A DNA stretch of 64,000 nucleotides, taken from positions 138 to 64,137 of the forward strand of contig DYFC01000054.1 of the NCBI GenBank assembly GCA_020725385.1, in the 5' to 3' direction. A program made the position numbers and the translations under genes. The stretch's first letter is position 1; each line of letters opens with the position of its first letter. Source of the DNA: Nitrospira japonica (lineage in GTDB: Bacteria; Nitrospirota; Thermodesulfovibrionia; Thermodesulfovibrionales; SM23-35). The notes below the pieces were generated by a model. That model worked only from the letters and a program-made list of their open reading frames with translations. It was not told the origin of the DNA and did no database searches. Shown here in pieces: positions 60,792 to 64,000 of this stretch.

Positions 60792-63050
60792 TTAAAAGAA
60801 TGTTCCGAATGCAAATTCGAATCTGCTTGATTCTTCGCCGGGTTTTTTATCAATATTGTAACCCCATTCAAGCCTTATTGGTCCCATTGGAGAGATCCAT
60901 CTAACACCAAGGCCTGTTGTATATCTTAATTTACCAAAATCATGCATTTTATCATACGCATTTCCTGCATCAAAGAATGTCACACCCTTTAGCCTTATTT
61001 CACTAACGAGCGGGAAAATATATTCAATATTAAAGATTAGTTCTTCTGTTCCACCAATAAGATCGCCTTCTTTGGATGTGTCTTCAACTTTTCCTCTTGG
61101 TCCTGCTTCTCCGTATCCAAGACCTCTGATAGTATAAATACCTCCGACATAAAATCTTTCATACAAAGGCAATTCTTTTCCACCAAGTCCTCTTGCGTAA
61201 CCAAATCTTCCTCTAAACATTACTGATGTACTCCCAATGGGGAAATACCAAGCTGAATCAATCTCGCTTTTTACAAAATTATTAGTCCCGCCTATGCCTG
61301 CATAGGTTACATATAAAGAATTTCTTGAGCCTCTTGAAGGGTCAAGATAATTATCTCTTGAATCTCTTGTAACAGAAGGTGTAATGCTACTTGTTGTTCT
61401 TGTTCCTTTCTGATCCTTTACTATAGAAGAAGCATCATCGGATATATTTGATATTTTTGCTTTTTCAAAATTATAAGAAATATCTCCAGCCCAGTATTCA
61501 GAGAATCTTTTACCGAAAGATATCCCAAAACCAGTTGCATTTTTATCATAATCTATGTAATTTCGACTTATTTTATATATATTTGTTGAAAATGTAAGGG
61601 GCTTATCAAGAAACCAAGGATCTCTAAAAGAAATGTCGTAATAATTTGTTCTTCCACCAAGTTCTGCTCTTAGTTTAATATATTGTCCTCTTCCGAAAAG
61701 ATTACCCTGAGATAATTCTGCCATTGCGATAAATTTTTCAACAGAACTATATCCACCACCAATACTGAAAAAGCCTGTTGGTCTTTCTTTTACTTTTACG
61801 TCTAAATCAACAATCTTTTCTTCTGGCTGTGGTTTTGGTATCAATTCAACTGTCTCAAAATAATTTAGATTATTGATTCTTTCATAACTTCTTTTAATTA
61901 ACGCACTATTAAAGGTATCACCTTCATCGAGCCTTATTTCCCGTCTAATGACTTTATCCCTGGTTTTTGTGTTCCCTATTATTTCGATTCTTCCAATTTT
62001 ATATTTATCTCCTTCGTCTATTTTCAAGCCGAGTTTTAAAGTTTTAGTAGCATCATCCGGGAAAAGTTCTGGGGATACTGAAACCATTGCATATCCATTT
62101 TCAGTGTATTGCTCGGAAATAGAAATTATGTCTTTTCTTAACATCTCTTTACTGAAAGGTTTATCGATTGCCATTTTCAGACGTTTTCTTAATATATCTT
62201 CATTGAATACTTTATTGCCCGACAAAGAAATTGAAGAGACCTTGTATTGTTCTCCTTCTGAAACAGGTATGGAAATATTCATCCCCTTTTTATCATCTGT
62301 AAGACTTATTTTCGGCTCACCAATTGTAATCTTGATATAGCCATTGTTTAGATAAAAGTCCCTTATTTTTTCGATGTCCATATCCATCCGCTCTTTTTGG
62401 AAATAGCCTGATGAGGTAATAAAAGAGAAAAGCCACCATTCTTTTGTATCCATCTGTTTTTTAATTTTGCTATCACTGAAAACTTTATTGCCTTCGATGT
62501 CAATTTTCTTAATGCGAACTTTTGAACCTTCTGTTATCTGATAGGTAAGGCTTACTTCGTCTTGGTTTATTATCCTAATTACGGGGACTATTTGAGAAAG
62601 CCAGTAGCCTTCTTCTTCATAAAATGCTCTTATTTTATTTGCATTGTCCTGTATTAAAACAGAGTCTGCTATTGCGCCTGCTGTAATATTTATTTTTTCT
62701 TTAATCTTATCATCATCAAATTCTTTATTGCCCTGAAAATCTATTTTTATAATTGTTGGTTTTTCTCTGACAACATAAATTAATTTGATTCCACCTTCAA
62801 AAGAATCAATTTCAGCTCTTACATCATCAAAATATCCCATTTTGAAAATGGCCTTAATATCATCATTTGTCTTATCCTGCGACAAAGGTTCTCCTGCTTT
62901 CTGGGATATTTTTGCCTTAACAGAAGACTCCTCGATTCTTTTAAGACCTTTAATTTCAATAGAATTAATGAGAGGTTGTGCCTCTGCAAAAAGTAATGCA
63001 GGTATGGCTAAAATTGCAATCAGGATAATTAATATTTTTTTATAACACAT
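60792..63050 (-). CDS. bamA: Outer membrane protein assembly factor
   Basis: POTRA repeats (GNTKTRDKVIRRE), IRGL, SPMGPI, terminal F. Confidence 0.96.
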   Translation of the reverse strand: MCYKKILIILIAILAIPALLFAEAQPLINSIEIKGLKRIEESSVKAKISQKAGEPLSQDKTNDDIKAIFKMGYFDDVRAEIDSFEGGIKLIYVVREKPTIIKIDFQGNKEFDDDKIKEKINITAGAIADSVLIQDNANKIRAFYEEEGYWLSQIVPVIRIINQDEVSLTYQITEGSKVRIKKIDIEGNKVFSDSKIKKQMDTKEWWLFSFITSSGYFQKERMDMDIEKIRDFYLNNGYIKITIGEPKISLTDDKKGMNISIPVSEGEQYKVSSISLSGNKVFNEDILRKRLKMAIDKPFSKEMLRKDIISISEQYTENGYAMVSVSPELFPDDATKTLKLGLKIDEGDKYKIGRIEIIGNTKTRDKVIRREIRLDEGDTFNSALIKRSYERINNLNYFETVELIPKPQPEEKIVDLDVKVKERPTGFFSIGGGYSSVEKFIAMAELSQGNLFGRGQYIKLRAELGGRTNYYDISFRDPWFLDKPLTFSTNIYKISRNYIDYDKNATGFGISFGKRFSEYWAGDISYNFEKAKISNISDDASSIVKDQKGTRTTSSITPSVTRDSRDNYLDPSRGSRNSLYVTYAGIGGTNNFVKSEIDSAWYFPIGSTSVMFRGRFGYARGLGGKELPLYERFYVGGIYTIRGLGYGEAGPRGKVEDTSKEGDLIGGTEELIFNIEYIFPLVSEIRLKGVTFFDAGNAYDKMHDFGKLRYTTGLGVRWISPMGPIRLEWGYNIDKKPGEESSRFEFAFGTFF

Positions 63051-63122
63051 ACAATCAATTTTTAAGTATTATAGATTCAAAAAGTATAGCATAAAAAGTA
63101 TGACAATTTATAGAGATATTTT

Positions 63123-63767
63123 ATGAGTTTAAAAATTGAAATAAACGAATTACTCAAAGGGCGGAATTTTGAAGAACTTATAAATCGTTGCGATAAAGAA
63201 AAGCGCGCATGGCAGGAGGTGCGGTATAGACTATACTCGCTTGATGAAGTTATCCGCTGGGCTACAATTGAGACAATTGGATATTTGATGAAATTCTGGT
63301 GGCAGGATAAGAGGGAAGAAAAAGTCAGAAATTATATCAGGACTTTATTTTGGTCAATGAATGACGAATCAGGAGGAATTGGCTGGAGTTCACCCCAGAC
63401 TGTTGCAGAAATAATAGCAAATATACCCGAAATAATAGACCCGTATGGAAGCATGATGATAGCTCATTGTATAGATGAGCCTCCACTTATTAAAGGGTGT
63501 CTCTGGGGAATCGGTCGCCTTGGTGTTTTAATAACTGATTCGGTTGAATTTTTTAAAAATCAGATATTTAAGCTTTTTAATTCAGAAGACCCGGAAATTA
63601 TCGGACTTTTATGCTGGGCAATGGGACAAGCAAAATTTATTCCTGCAAAATCTTATATAAAACAAAAATTTTTTATAAGTGATCAAATAAAAATTTATAT
63701 TAAAGGAAATTTTATTATAAAGCCTGTTTCTCTATGGGCAAAAGAAGCAATATCAAAAATTGATTAG
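63123..63767 (+). CDS. HEAT-repeat protein, DVU0298-like
   Basis: LFWSMNDESGGIGW motif, WGIGRL. Confidence 0.7.
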   Translation: MSLKIEINELLKGRNFEELINRCDKEKRAWQEVRYRLYSLDEVIRWATIETIGYLMKFWWQDKREEKVRNYIRTLFWSMNDESGGIGWSSPQTVAEIIANIPEIIDPYGSMMIAHCIDEPPLIKGCLWGIGRLGVLITDSVEFFKNQIFKLFNSEDPEIIGLLCWAMGQAKFIPAKSYIKQKFFISDQIKIYIKGNFIIKPVSLWAKEAISKID

Positions 63768-63778
63768 CGCATAACTTA

Positions 63779-63792
63779 TTGATTTAAATCAA
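63779..63792. promoter_or_regulatory. FNR/CRP-family box
   Basis: Perfect TTGAT-ttaa-ATCAA. Confidence 0.45.
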
Positions 63793-63906
63793 AAAATTAT
63801 ATAATATTTAATAGCTAAATTTAATCCCGCATAAAATAAATTCAAAATAAAGAAATGTAAAATTATGATAATCAGGTGATTTAATTAAAATATAATAATT
63901 CCTTAC

Positions 63907-63935
63907 TTGACAAAAAAAAAAGAGTTGATTATCAT
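63907..63935 (+). promoter_or_regulatory. Sigma70 promoter for a gene beyond the window
   Basis: TTGACA-N17-TATCAT. Confidence 0.7.
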
Positions 63936-64000
63936 TAAACACCTTTCTTTTGAGCTCAAAAAGCAGAATGTATATTTCTGTTTAAACAATGTTAGTAAAA

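Overview
AT-rich bacterial chromosomal segment from an LPS-making anaerobe. Gene content and protein style suggest Nitrospirota (Thermodesulfovibrionales-like); this is inference, not a search result. Most of the window is housekeeping: a group 3b [NiFe]-hydrogenase operon, rpsB-tsf-pyrH-frr-dksA, purB-purL-polA, two carB paralogs, msbA, hisA-hisF, trkAH, a PyrR-attenuated pyrR-pyrB-pyrC-carA-(island)-carB operon, and bamA-skp-skp2-lpxD-fabZ-lpxA-lpxI. Accessory content: (i) a surface protein with a sorting tail next to an AlkP-TPR-sulfotransferase fusion; (ii) a two-methylase/two-nuclease restriction island with toxin-antitoxin-like genes that splits carA from carB; (iii) a radical SAM pair; (iv) several truncated or internally deleted gene remnants. 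The most striking unexplained pattern is a family of 7/8/9-bp tandem micro-repeats plus a GC palindrome. These sit at gene junctions and also in frame inside purL, carA, carB and possibly pyrC. I found no rRNA, tRNA or CRISPR array.
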